Origin: a virus
Taxonomy: Duplodnaviria > Caudoviricetes
IMG/VR virus record: IMGVR_UViG_3300037511_000105
Location: 1 to 25,426 of that record
Reading direction: 5' to 3' (one strand)
Length of the DNA: 25,426 nucleotides
Positions 1 to 7,356 of this stretch are shown here, one piece after another (the stretch's first letter is position 1; every line of letters starts with the position of its first letter). The notes beneath the pieces are model-generated. The model was not told the origin of the DNA and ran no database searches. It saw only the letters and a list, made by a program, of their open reading frames with translations. The position numbers and the translations under genes are program-made.

Positions 1-1
1 C

Positions 2-895
2 GACTACGAGGCCACCATCAAGCCCCGCCTCATCGCCGCAGGCGCCAACACCGACCGCATCTACCGGATTGACATCGTGTCGGCCAACGACGTGGCCGAG
101 GGCCTGAACCTGGTGGAAGACCTCGGTGTCATCAAGGCAGCATCAGATGATCTTGATCTGGGTCTTGTCGTGTTCGACCCCCTGATGTCCCGGCTCGGGG
201 GCAAGGACTCGCACAAGGACTCCGAGGTGCGCGAGGCACTGGAGCCGCTCACCGACTTGGCGCGTACATGCGGATTCTGTGTGCTGGGCCTGATCCACTT
301 CAACAAGTCGGGCAGGTCCGACCCGATGAGCCTGCTGATGGGGTCGGCCGCGTTCGGCGCCGTCGCGCGGTCCGTGCACGTGGTCATGGCCGACCCGGAG
401 GACGACACCGGCGCCCGCAGGCTGCTGGGCACCGTGAAGAACAACCTGGGGCCCGTGTCCGGCTCCGGGGACCACGACCTGTCCACCTTCGCCTTCACCA
501 TCAGCTCCGTCGAGCTGGAGACCGAGGAGGAGGAGGACCGGGGCGGCATCATTGTGACGTCCCGTCTGAAGTGGGAGGAGGCAAGCGGCCTGACGATCCG
601 TGACGCCCTGGAGTCGTCTGCGGGAGCCGCCACGGGAGGCGCAGGAGGGCAGAAGCAGACCAAGCAGGACGCCGCCGCGCAGTGGCTGAAGAAGCTGTTC
701 GAGAAGCACGACCGGCCCCTGACCAAGGCGGAGGTCATGAAGTCCGCGCGCGACGACATGCTGTCCGACCACAACGAGGCCAACCTGATGCGGGCCATGA
801 AGCGCTCCGAGTTCAAGGTGGAGCGCAAGCGCGACCGGGAGAACAACATAACCATCGCGGTATGGGGCCTCGCGGAGCAGGCCGACGGATGGTAG
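2..895 (+). CDS. RepA/AAA_25-type helicase (primase-helicase C-terminal part), 5'-truncated by the window edge
   Basis: Frame is open from position 2 (DYEATIKPRLIAAGA...). Walker B-like LVVFDPL, followed by LIHFNKS, GSAAFGAVARSV and VKNNLG motifs typical of AAA_25/RepA helicases; possible C-terminal winged helix. Confidence 0.8.
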   Translation, partial: DYEATIKPRLIAAGANTDRIYRIDIVSANDVAEGLNLVEDLGVIKAASDDLDLGLVVFDPLMSRLGGKDSHKDSEVREALEPLTDLARTCGFCVLGLIHFNKSGRSDPMSLLMGSAAFGAVARSVHVVMADPEDDTGARRLLGTVKNNLGPVSGSGDHDLSTFAFTISSVELETEEEEDRGGIIVTSRLKWEEASGLTIRDALESSAGAATGGAGGQKQTKQDAAAQWLKKLFEKHDRPLTKAEVMKSARDDMLSDHNEANLMRAMKRSEFKVERKRDRENNITIAVWGLAEQADGW

Positions 896-929
896 GGTAT
901 TCCCAACGCCTTCACGAAAGGGCCGCTCT

Positions 930-1124
930 GTGTCTGTGGCACAAACCCGCGTCTTCGAGTTCTGGATAGGCGTGGCCCTCGCCCGGCCCCCGGCCGTCCA
1001 CGAGTACCGCAAATACCTCGTCGCGGGAAAAGACCCGGTAGACGCCCTCCAGGCCGCCCTGCAAATGGCGTCCTGCACCTGTGTGATGCCGGTACATTCC
1101 AGCCCAGTCCAAAGGATCTTGTAA
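930..1124 (+). CDS. hypothetical protein (64 aa)
   Basis: GAAAGGG RBS-like sequence upstream; stop overlaps the next ATG (TAATG). Confidence 0.6.
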   Translation: MSVAQTRVFEFWIGVALARPPAVHEYRKYLVAGKDPVDALQAALQMASCTCVMPVHSSPVQRIL

Positions 1125-1546
1125 TGTCCGATTTCGACAATCCCAAGCGGCCGTCCGGGGACGAGGCCTTCGACATCGGGGACCTCATCCGGTACCGCTC
1201 CGGAGGGGCCACGACCTACGAATACGAGGGGGTTCTGGGCACGGACGCCGCCTGGCACATCCTGCGCGACCACGCGGACGGCAGGCTCTACAAGACCAGT
1301 GCGGACGGCATCACCGACTACGATCACGTGCCGCCCCGGCCGGGGGAGGTCTGGGCGTTCCGCCTCTTCGACGGGAGCCTGACGCGGGCCCACGTCAAGG
1401 GGGTTTTCGAGGACGACGGGACGACCTACATCACGTACAGGGTGGAGAGGGCGCACCCCGGCACCGAGGCCTTCTATCTCACCCGGCCCGTGGGCTCCTT
1501 CCGGGAGGCCTTCAACATCCGTGTCAACGACGAGGAGGGCTCGTGA
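1124..1546 (+). CDS. hypothetical protein, possibly two small SH3/KOW-like beta-barrels
   Basis: High GC3 and coupled at both ends; two segments begin FDIGDLIRY and PRPGEVWAF. Confidence 0.75.
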   Translation: MSDFDNPKRPSGDEAFDIGDLIRYRSGGATTYEYEGVLGTDAAWHILRDHADGRLYKTSADGITDYDHVPPRPGEVWAFRLFDGSLTRAHVKGVFEDDGTTYITYRVERAHPGTEAFYLTRPVGSFREAFNIRVNDEEGS

Positions 1547-1905
1547 AGCCTGAGATCAAGAAGAAGTGGATCGCCGCCCTGCGCAGCGGGGACTACGAGG
1601 TGGGCTACGGCCAGCTCTACACCGCCCCCAAGGCAGAGGGGGAGAAGCCCTGCCACTGCGCGCTCGGCGTCCTCGCCGAAGTCGCCATCAAGGAGGGGCT
1701 GGAGTTCACCCCGGACCCGGAGAACCCCAGCCTGTACCGGTATGGGAGGGCTCAAGGGTACTGCTACGTCCCGGAGGCGCTGGGGAAGTGGGCGGATATC
1801 CCGCCCGAGGTTCAGGCGCAGGTGGTGCGCCTCAACGACAGCAGCCCCGACGACGTCGATGTGTTCGAGCGGGTGGCCGACTGGCTGGAAGGAGCCGACG
1901 TATGA
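1543..1905 (+). CDS. tandem paralog family member 1 (divergent: CHCALGV)
   Basis: MKPEIKKKWIAALRSGDY...CALGVL...P...W...LND...FERVADWLE; RBS GAGGAGG; GTGA overlap. Confidence 0.9.
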   Translation: MKPEIKKKWIAALRSGDYEVGYGQLYTAPKAEGEKPCHCALGVLAEVAIKEGLEFTPDPENPSLYRYGRAQGYCYVPEALGKWADIPPEVQAQVVRLNDSSPDDVDVFERVADWLEGADV

Positions 1906-2264
1906 ACCCCGAGATCAAGGACCGCTGGCTCCGTGCGCTGCGCAGCGGGGAGTACCGGCAGGGCCGGGGCAGGCTCAAGGGCACCTCCACCTTCGACGGC
2001 AGTGCCCGGTACTGCTGCCTGGGTGTGCTGTGTGAGCTGGCCGTGCAGGACGGGGTCATCCCCGCACCCGAGGAAACCGGCCCGCGCAGCCTCTACGGCT
2101 CTGACGGGGAACTGACCTGGAGCGACCTTCCCACGTCCGTCGCGGCCTGGGCGGGGCTGGACGACCACGACCCGGCCCCCGCCACCGGCAGGAAGCTGTC
2201 CGACCGGAACGACGACGGCTGGTCCTTCGAGGACCTGGCTAACCTCATCGAGAAGGATTTCTGA
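1902..2264 (+). CDS. tandem paralog family member 2 (120 aa)
   Basis: Start is the ATG at 1902 (ATGA overlap), by homology with the other copies: MNPEIKDRWLRALRSGEY...YCCLGVLCEL...RNDDGWSFEDLANLIE. Confidence 0.9.
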   Translation: MNPEIKDRWLRALRSGEYRQGRGRLKGTSTFDGSARYCCLGVLCELAVQDGVIPAPEETGPRSLYGSDGELTWSDLPTSVAAWAGLDDHDPAPATGRKLSDRNDDGWSFEDLANLIEKDF

Positions 2265-2265
2265 C

Positions 2266-2667
2266 ATGAAGATGAACCCGGAAGTCAAGGCCCAGTGGGT
2301 TGCCGCCCTGCGCAGCGGAGAATACGAGCAGGGACGCGACGCGCTGACCCTGGAGGGCAAGTACTGCTGCCTGGGAGTTCTCTGCGATCTCGCAGTGAAA
2401 AGCGGGCAGGACGTCAGGGTGAAGATGGAGACCCTAGCAAACCAGATCCGCTACGACGGGGAGACCGACATCGCCCCGGCGAGCGTCGTGAACTGGGCGG
2501 GGCTGGACAGCGGCAACCCGGCCGTCCGTATGACGGCACGCGAGGCCTTCCCGGAGAAATACGGGTCGGACCCCGGCGCGGGTGACTTTCAGCTTTCCCT
2601 GGCGGAGCTGAACGACGGGGGCAAGACTTTCTCCGAAATCGCGGACATCATCGAAGAGGAGTTCTGA
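2266..2667 (+). CDS. tandem paralog family member 3
   Basis: MNPEVKAQWVAALRSGEY...YCCLGVLCDL...LNDGGKTFSEIADIIE. Confidence 0.9.
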   Translation: MKMNPEVKAQWVAALRSGEYEQGRDALTLEGKYCCLGVLCDLAVKSGQDVRVKMETLANQIRYDGETDIAPASVVNWAGLDSGNPAVRMTAREAFPEKYGSDPGAGDFQLSLAELNDGGKTFSEIADIIEEEF

Positions 2668-2668
2668 C

Positions 2669-3121
2669 GTGCAGATGAAGCCGGAAATCAAGAAGAAGTG
2701 GCTGGCCGCGCTGCGGGGCGGCGACTTTATCCAGGGGCAGAACAGCCTGCGCAGCCGGAACGGTGCCACCGGCCAGTACGAGTACTGCTGCCTCGGGGTG
2801 CTGTGCGAGCTGGCCGTGCAGGACGGGGTCATCCCGGAGCCGACCCTGGAGGACGGCGACTGGATATACGGAAAGCGGGAGGGGGACCAGCAATCCTGGA
2901 GCAGCCTGCCGCACTCCGTGGCCGCCTGGGCGGGCATCGAGTTCGACGCCACCACGGCCCTGTTCGGGGCGGACATCAAGGTGGCGGAGCTGTACGAGGG
3001 CCGGGGCGACCCCACCCTGGCCGCCCTCAATGACGCAGTAGACATCGCCGAGGACGGCGAGACCTGTATCCGGCCCTACACCTTCGAGCGGATCGCAGAC
3101 ATCATCGAGGAGCAGTTGTGA
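2669..3121 (+). CDS. tandem paralog family member 4 (start may be ATG 2675)
   Basis: MKPEIKKKWLAALRGGDF...YCCLGVLCEL...LND...TFERIADIIE. Confidence 0.9.
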   Translation: MQMKPEIKKKWLAALRGGDFIQGQNSLRSRNGATGQYEYCCLGVLCELAVQDGVIPEPTLEDGDWIYGKREGDQQSWSSLPHSVAAWAGIEFDATTALFGADIKVAELYEGRGDPTLAALNDAVDIAEDGETCIRPYTFERIADIIEEQL

Positions 3122-3525
3122 TGAACCCGGAGATCAAGAAGAAGTGGGTCAAGGCCCTGCGGTCCAGGGACTACCAGCAGGGCACGCGTGCCCTGCACGT
3201 CAAGAGGGACGGCACCGAGACCTTCTGCTGCCTCGGCGTGCTGTGCGACCTGGCCGCCAAAGAGGGCGTCGCGGAGCCCTCCCCCGTGTCCACGGTGGCC
3301 GGGGTGACCACCGTGATGTACGACAAGCAGAGTGCCTTCCTCCCCAGGAGTGTCCAGGAGTGGTCGGAAATCCCCAGCAATAACGGGTACCTGTCGGATG
3401 AGCCCGATGTGGTGGTAGAAGGGGAGGACGGTGTGGGGAGCATCTCCTTCAACAGTCTGGTCGGCTTGAATGACGAAGGTGCCACCTTCGCCCAGATCGC
3501 TGACATCATCGAGAAGCACTTCTAA
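3118..3525 (+). CDS. tandem paralog family member 5 (start GTG 3118 or ATG 3121)
   Basis: MNPEIKKKWVKALRSRDY...FCCLGVLCDL...LNDEGATFAQIADIIE. Confidence 0.9.
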   Translation: MMNPEIKKKWVKALRSRDYQQGTRALHVKRDGTETFCCLGVLCDLAAKEGVAEPSPVSTVAGVTTVMYDKQSAFLPRSVQEWSEIPSNNGYLSDEPDVVVEGEDGVGSISFNSLVGLNDEGATFAQIADIIEKHF

Positions 3526-3533
3526 GAGGTATT

Positions 3534-4076
3534 GTGACCAACCCTGCACCCTTGCCGGGCACCATCATTCTGGCCCGTATCGATAACCCGGCAGCGGACA
3601 AACTGGTATGGGGCCTCCAGGCCCTGAACGGGGACCTGTCCCCCTGGACCCACGTTGCGATGATGGTAGAGAGCAACCTGGTGTTCGAGGCACTCCTTAC
3701 GGGCTCCACACTCACCCCCTGGGACGAGTACGCCTCAAAGCAAGTCAAGTTGATCAAGGTTCCGATGCTCTGGTCGGAACGTACCGCCGTGTGCCAGGAG
3801 GCCTACCGCCGCGTGGGCTCCCCGTACAACTGGGACACCTACTTCTACCTGGCCGCCTATCGTCTCCAACTCCCTTTGATTACAGGGGTGTTGAAGAAAC
3901 GTGTGGCCAACTCGAAGAAGCTGATCTGCTCCCAGGCGGTGGATGGCATCTTCCTGGCCAGCGGCATCCACCTGTTCGATGACGGGCGTCTTCCCTACGA
4001 CGTCACCCCCGGCGACTTCGACCGCCACCTGAACCTGAAGAAGATCCGGTACGACAACCGGCCCGACCCCGCTTGA
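3534..4076 (+). CDS. permuted NlpC/P60 (YiiX/YebB-like) papain-fold cysteine hydrolase
   Basis: His before Cys: WTHVAMMV ... VGSPYNW ... LICSQAV ... VTPGDF. Confidence 0.75.
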   Translation: MTNPAPLPGTIILARIDNPAADKLVWGLQALNGDLSPWTHVAMMVESNLVFEALLTGSTLTPWDEYASKQVKLIKVPMLWSERTAVCQEAYRRVGSPYNWDTYFYLAAYRLQLPLITGVLKKRVANSKKLICSQAVDGIFLASGIHLFDDGRLPYDVTPGDFDRHLNLKKIRYDNRPDPA

Positions 4077-4102
4077 CACTGCCTTAACCAAGGCTTTAAC
4101 GT
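4073..4102 (+). promoter_or_regulatory. housekeeping-sigma-type promoter
   Basis: TTGACA-N18-TAACGT; the spacer contains the inverted repeat GCCTT-N4-AAGGC; the same hexamers and spacing recur at 11687-11716. Confidence 0.7.
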
Positions 4103-4131
4103 GGAAACACGCCACCGAAAGCGGGAGCGAA

Positions 4132-4320
4132 ATGTCTGAGGGTATAACGAGGGCTATGGCCGAAGGTATAACGAAGGCTATCCGGATATCCGACGACGTC
4201 ATCGCTGTGGTTTCGGTGGACCCGGCCGACTGGTACGAAGCCGTCGATGACGACGACTGGCTGACCTGCAAGCTGAAGTACATCCGAGCGCGGAAGGGGA
4301 AGCTGGATGGGTATTACTGA
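4132..4320 (+). CDS. hypothetical protein (62 aa) with an internal 8-aa duplication
   Basis: RBS GGGAG; EGITRAMA/EGITKAIR. Confidence 0.6.
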   Translation: MSEGITRAMAEGITKAIRISDDVIAVVSVDPADWYEAVDDDDWLTCKLKYIRARKGKLDGYY

Positions 4321-4495
4321 GCGAGTACGCGTCTGCTTCCCCTACCAGCACGAATACCGCGTGGTCGACCTCCAGAGCATCTGGCGATCCCAGGACGGGA
4401 ACTGGCTGATCACGGGTATTGACGTCGACAAGGGCGAGTACCGTAGTTTTCGCCTGGACCGGATACCGAAGAAGATACGGGTGGTAAAGGTATGA
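4307..4495 (+). CDS. stand-alone minimal WYL-domain protein
   Basis: YRVV ... NWLITGIDVDKGEYRSFRLDRI matches the WYL signature (wYl.a.d..r...R.FRlDRI). Confidence 0.7.
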   Translation: MGITERVRVCFPYQHEYRVVDLQSIWRSQDGNWLITGIDVDKGEYRSFRLDRIPKKIRVVKV

Positions 4496-4686
4496 CGATC
4501 AAGACGTACGAGAACCCCAAGGTGGGGGATACGGTCTGGCACGTCGATGAGCCCGAGACGGATCGCAGCGGCGAGGTGATGTTCGTGGACCCCGCGACCC
4601 GCACCTTCGGTGTCAAGTGGTACGACGGCGAGGCCGAGGCGTACGACATCGATGACGCCCCCGACATCATCATCCTGGAGTCCTGA
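4492..4686 (+). CDS. hypothetical small acidic protein, SH3/Tudor-like pattern
   Basis: ATGA overlap; PKVGDTVW...GEV...FGVKWYDG. Confidence 0.75.
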   Translation: MTIKTYENPKVGDTVWHVDEPETDRSGEVMFVDPATRTFGVKWYDGEAEAYDIDDAPDIIILES

Positions 4687-4687
4687 C

Positions 4688-4876
4688 ATGCCCAAGCCCT
4701 CGCCCTACGTGGGGCAGATCGTCATCGAGCGCGGCTTCACCCGCCGCGAAGACGCCGAGCGATGGATGTCCGCCGTGGAGACGCAGTTCTCCGCCGAGGA
4801 CGGGACCGGCTGCTCCCACGTCGAAACCCACCTGTGGGAGGACGCCTTCCCCACGGCCCGGGAGGTAGCCAAGTGA
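4688..4876 (+). CDS. hypothetical protein (62 aa)
   Basis: ATG at 4688 after GGAG; high GC3; TGATG coupling to the next gene. Confidence 0.7.
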   Translation: MPKPSPYVGQIVIERGFTRREDAERWMSAVETQFSAEDGTGCSHVETHLWEDAFPTAREVAK

Positions 4877-4989
4877 TGGACACCTTCGAGGATGCGAGCC
4901 TGGAAGAGATCCTCGCCGAGATCGCCGACGTGACCGAGGAACTCCGTGAGGAGTTCCGGAAGATACAGAAGGAAGAGGACAATGGTTGA
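4876..4989 (+). CDS. small acidic helical protein (37 aa)
   Basis: RBS GGAGG; MDTFEDASLEEILAEIADVTEELREEFRKIQKEEDNG. Confidence 0.7.
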   Translation: MDTFEDASLEEILAEIADVTEELREEFRKIQKEEDNG

Positions 4990-5086
4990 GGACATTCTGT
5001 GCGCCCTGTTGGGCATGGGTATCCTTGCCACCCTCGCCATGGCGGGGCTCGGCTGGACGTACATGAAAGGGGTTGTCGGTGGCTGA
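4982..5086 (+). CDS. small single-TM membrane protein (34 aa; not in ORF track)
   Basis: RBS GAGG; MVEDILCALLGMGILATLAMAGLGWTYMKGVVGG; 8-nt overlaps on both sides. Confidence 0.6.
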   Translation: MVEDILCALLGMGILATLAMAGLGWTYMKGVVGG

Positions 5087-5189
5087 CATCGGCGAGGAAA
5101 ACCCGAAGATCGTGGAGTTCGAGCCCCTCCCGGAGACTGCTCCGGTAGAGGAGCCGACCCCCGCCCCGGCAGAGCCTCTTCCGGCGTAA
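5079..5189 (+). CDS. small Pro/Glu-rich peptide (36 aa; not in ORF track)
   Basis: RBS AAAGGGG; GTG start; MADIGEENPKIVEFEPLPETAPVEEPTPAPAEPLPA; high GC3. Confidence 0.65.
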   Translation: MADIGEENPKIVEFEPLPETAPVEEPTPAPAEPLPA

Positions 5190-5204
5190 AGGAAAAGCCC
5201 TCGC

Positions 5205-6098
5205 ATGAGTACACTTAAGCAGGGGGATTACGGCGGGTCCACGGATTCCGTTCTGGTCCCCGGATCCCTCATCGCCTACCGGCATTTCGCCCTGGACGGC
5301 ACAGGGCTGCAACCCATGTCCCTGTCCGGGGCTGGTCAGGGCATCCCCTACTTCGACCCGCTACTACTCAACCCCTACCACCTGGGCTGGGCTAATTGCG
5401 GCTGCTCGATGTGCCGTCCGGCGGGCGGTACCGCGCAGCCGAACCCCCCGTCTCCCAAAACCTTCCGGGCCACGTGCCTGCGGCAGACGGACCCGTGGAG
5501 TTTCGGGTACAGCAGTACCCCCAACCACAAGGCCCCGCACGTCGAGTGCACGTGCGGCTTCTACGCCAGCTACGACCCCCGGACCGACTTCTACCCCGGC
5601 AGGCACTGGTCCATCGAGGAGAACCCGGTGATCATGAGCCTGCACAGGCAGCCGATCGTCCGGGCCGTCGTAGAGCTGAGCGGCACGACAGTGATGGGGT
5701 CCCGGGGTGTCCGCGCCGAGAAGATGCGTATCGTGGCACTGGCCACAGACTGGCTGAAGTACCAGAGCCAGCCCCCGTACACCCAGATCTCTTACTACAT
5801 ACCCGACTACTACTGGAACGGGGAAGCCGATCTCTCTCTCTCCAAGCAACTGGACTGGGCGCAGGCCCAGTCCAAGGCCAGGCAGGGGGCCGAGCAGAAG
5901 GTGTCCAGCGTGGCCTACCGCTACGGCGCCGAGTACTTCACCAGCATGCAGGAGATGCACCGTACGTACCCCCAGCCCGACATCTCCCACCTGAAAGGAA
6001 CTACTGATGGACTGGACGCAGGCCCGGGAACTCGCCCTGAAATGGGCACAGGAAGCGGAGACACAGGCGGCGACCTACCCCAGCATCCCGTCAACTGA
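5205..6098 (+). CDS. hypothetical metal-binding protein with H-x-AP-x3-CxCGFY motif
   Basis: RBS AAAGGA; motifs LIAYRHF, CGCSMC, HKAPHVECTCGFYA, VELSG...GVRAEK. Confidence 0.8.
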   Translation: MSTLKQGDYGGSTDSVLVPGSLIAYRHFALDGTGLQPMSLSGAGQGIPYFDPLLLNPYHLGWANCGCSMCRPAGGTAQPNPPSPKTFRATCLRQTDPWSFGYSSTPNHKAPHVECTCGFYASYDPRTDFYPGRHWSIEENPVIMSLHRQPIVRAVVELSGTTVMGSRGVRAEKMRIVALATDWLKYQSQPPYTQISYYIPDYYWNGEADLSLSKQLDWAQAQSKARQGAEQKVSSVAYRYGAEYFTSMQEMHRTYPQPDISHLKGTTDGLDAGPGTRPEMGTGSGDTGGDLPQHPVN

Positions 6099-6228
6099 GT
6101 ACGCCCACATACAGGTTGCCGTCACTCTGGCCAACATGTGGACCCGGGTGGCCAACCTTCTGGAGGATCCCATTGAACGGGTCGAGGCTTTGGAATCGAC
6201 TGGTGAGGTGCCCCTTCCGGGGACATGA
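6007..6228 (+). CDS. hypothetical protein (73 aa)
   Basis: Strong RBS GAAAGGAA; overlaps the 3' end of the upstream ORF by 92 nt. Confidence 0.65.
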   Translation: MDWTQARELALKWAQEAETQAATYPSIPSTEYAHIQVAVTLANMWTRVANLLEDPIERVEALESTGEVPLPGT

Positions 6229-6340
6229 GAAGCGTCGGATTTTGGTGGATCCGACTATGCGGCAAACCACCCGAACGGTGATACGCTGTCTCCGATGTGA
6301 TGCATCCTTCCTAGACGATCACTTGAAGGATCTCCCCTGA
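6203..6340 (+). CDS. small zinc-binding protein (C-x3-GH ... CxRC, DUF1660-like pattern)
   Basis: GTG 6203: MRCPFRGHEKRRILVDPTMRQTTRTVIRCLRCDASFLDDHLKDLP. Confidence 0.5.
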   Translation: MRCPFRGHEKRRILVDPTMRQTTRTVIRCLRCDASFLDDHLKDLP

Positions 6341-6401
6341 CGCGCCCTGCGATAGGGGAGAGGTAGCTCGGGGCTTGGTCAATCTCGGCAGGTGAAACGG
6401 A

Positions 6402-6944
6402 ATGCCACAGAAAGCCCTCTATGAACTGGCCGAAGCGGCCCTGGGGTTGGCCCCGGAGATGTTCTGGAGTCTGGATGAGAACATCGCCCGGCACGAGAGC
6501 AAACGGCTGTTCGACAGACTGGCCGCTCAACAGACCTCCCCCGCAGCAGGGTTGACGGTCTTCCTGATCTCCATGCAGAACAAACGCAAGGCGAGCATGG
6601 ACGTGGTGGAGGAGCGGTACAGTCGGGTGATCCTGCGTCTGACCCAGGAACAGCAGGAGTCCTGCGCCACCCTCGCCGAATTCTTCGAATTCTTCACGCT
6701 GGCATCCCACAACGGGGAATACGTACAGAGCAAAGATATTGCCGAGCACGAACTGGCACCCCTGTTCGAGGCGTGCTACAACGGGGAATTGAGCGCCAAG
6801 GACACCCAGGATGCCGTGTTCGATAACGTCATGGCCAAGCGGGATCTGTTCTTGCAGAGCCTGCAAGAGATGGTACAGAGGCTGCATCAGGAGATGCAGC
6901 AGTTCTTCCCCGCCGAGGAGGTAGAATCCCGTGAGGACACCTAA
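6402..6944 (+). CDS. hypothetical helical protein (180 aa)
   Basis: RBS AGGTG; phage-like codon bias; no recognisable motif. Confidence 0.75.
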   Translation: MPQKALYELAEAALGLAPEMFWSLDENIARHESKRLFDRLAAQQTSPAAGLTVFLISMQNKRKASMDVVEERYSRVILRLTQEQQESCATLAEFFEFFTLASHNGEYVQSKDIAEHELAPLFEACYNGELSAKDTQDAVFDNVMAKRDLFLQSLQEMVQRLHQEMQQFFPAEEVESREDT

Positions 6945-7203
6945 CTTCGACCGGCTGACCCGGTACCGAATCGCCGCTGTTATGTTTGCGTTTCTCTACG
7001 CATTCCTGATGTGCACGGGCCTTCTGCACTGGCCCCGCTTGGACCGGCGGGTGATCCTGGCCCTGTGGTACGGCCTGACCACCCCCGCACTGGCCCTGAT
7101 CGTGTGGAACGTGGCTCAGGAGAGTTGGACAATCATCCGCCGACGTCGTATGATTGACCATATGCTGAAGGACGAGGCCGAAAAGGTCGACAGCACCCCC
7201 TGA
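6931..7203 (+). CDS. membrane protein, 2 TM helices
   Basis: RBS GGAGG; two hydrophobic segments and a basic C-terminal patch. Confidence 0.75.
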   Translation: MRTPNFDRLTRYRIAAVMFAFLYAFLMCTGLLHWPRLDRRVILALWYGLTTPALALIVWNVAQESWTIIRRRRMIDHMLKDEAEKVDSTP

Positions 7204-7206
7204 ACG

Positions 7207-7255
7207 GGTAAGGTGCCCTGCGGTTGTGAGGGCTCCGTCGGGTACCTTACCTTTT
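7207..7255 (+). terminator. intrinsic terminator-like hairpin
   Basis: GGTAAGGTGCCC (7207-7218) pairs with GGGTACCTTACC (7240-7251; one G-U), followed by TTTT, directly after a stop codon. Confidence 0.6.
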
Positions 7256-7356
7256 GCCATGCCTCCTCAAGGAGTCTGGTCGAGCAGATTTCTGGTGACT
7301 TTGAGCGGCCCCCAGAGATTGAGTCTCCCAGCCCTTGAGGGGGCGTGGCTATTTTT
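7256..7356 (+). ncRNA. candidate structured RNA (multibranch)
   Basis: 17-bp closing stem 7256-7272/7333-7349 (two G-U) enclosing internal hairpins; followed by TATTTTT. Confidence 0.4.

Larger units (their letters stand above)
1543..3525 (+). repeat. tandem gene array, 5 diverged copies of ~360-450 bp
   Basis: Shared protein motifs; exact 29-nt match GAGCTGGCCGTGCAGGACGGGGTCATCCC at 2034-2062 and 2807-2835. Confidence 0.9.

Noticed and set aside
1566-1901. 232-aa version of paralog 2
   Set aside because: The N-terminal extension overlaps paralog 1 out of frame; homology starts at ATG 1902.
1543-3525. Diversity-generating retroelement or CRISPR-like explanation for the array
   Set aside because: No reverse transcriptase, no adenine-specific TR/VR pair and no constant repeat-spacer pattern; the copies differ by indels and ordinary substitutions.
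5831-5842. (TC)6 microsatellite as a phase-variation switch
   Set aside because: Short, in frame, and the reading frame keeps coding-like bias downstream.
7271-7330. tRNA-like cloverleaf ending in CCA
   Set aside because: No T-loop GTTC, no proper 7-bp acceptor stem or anticodon arm; kept only as a generic structured RNA candidate.
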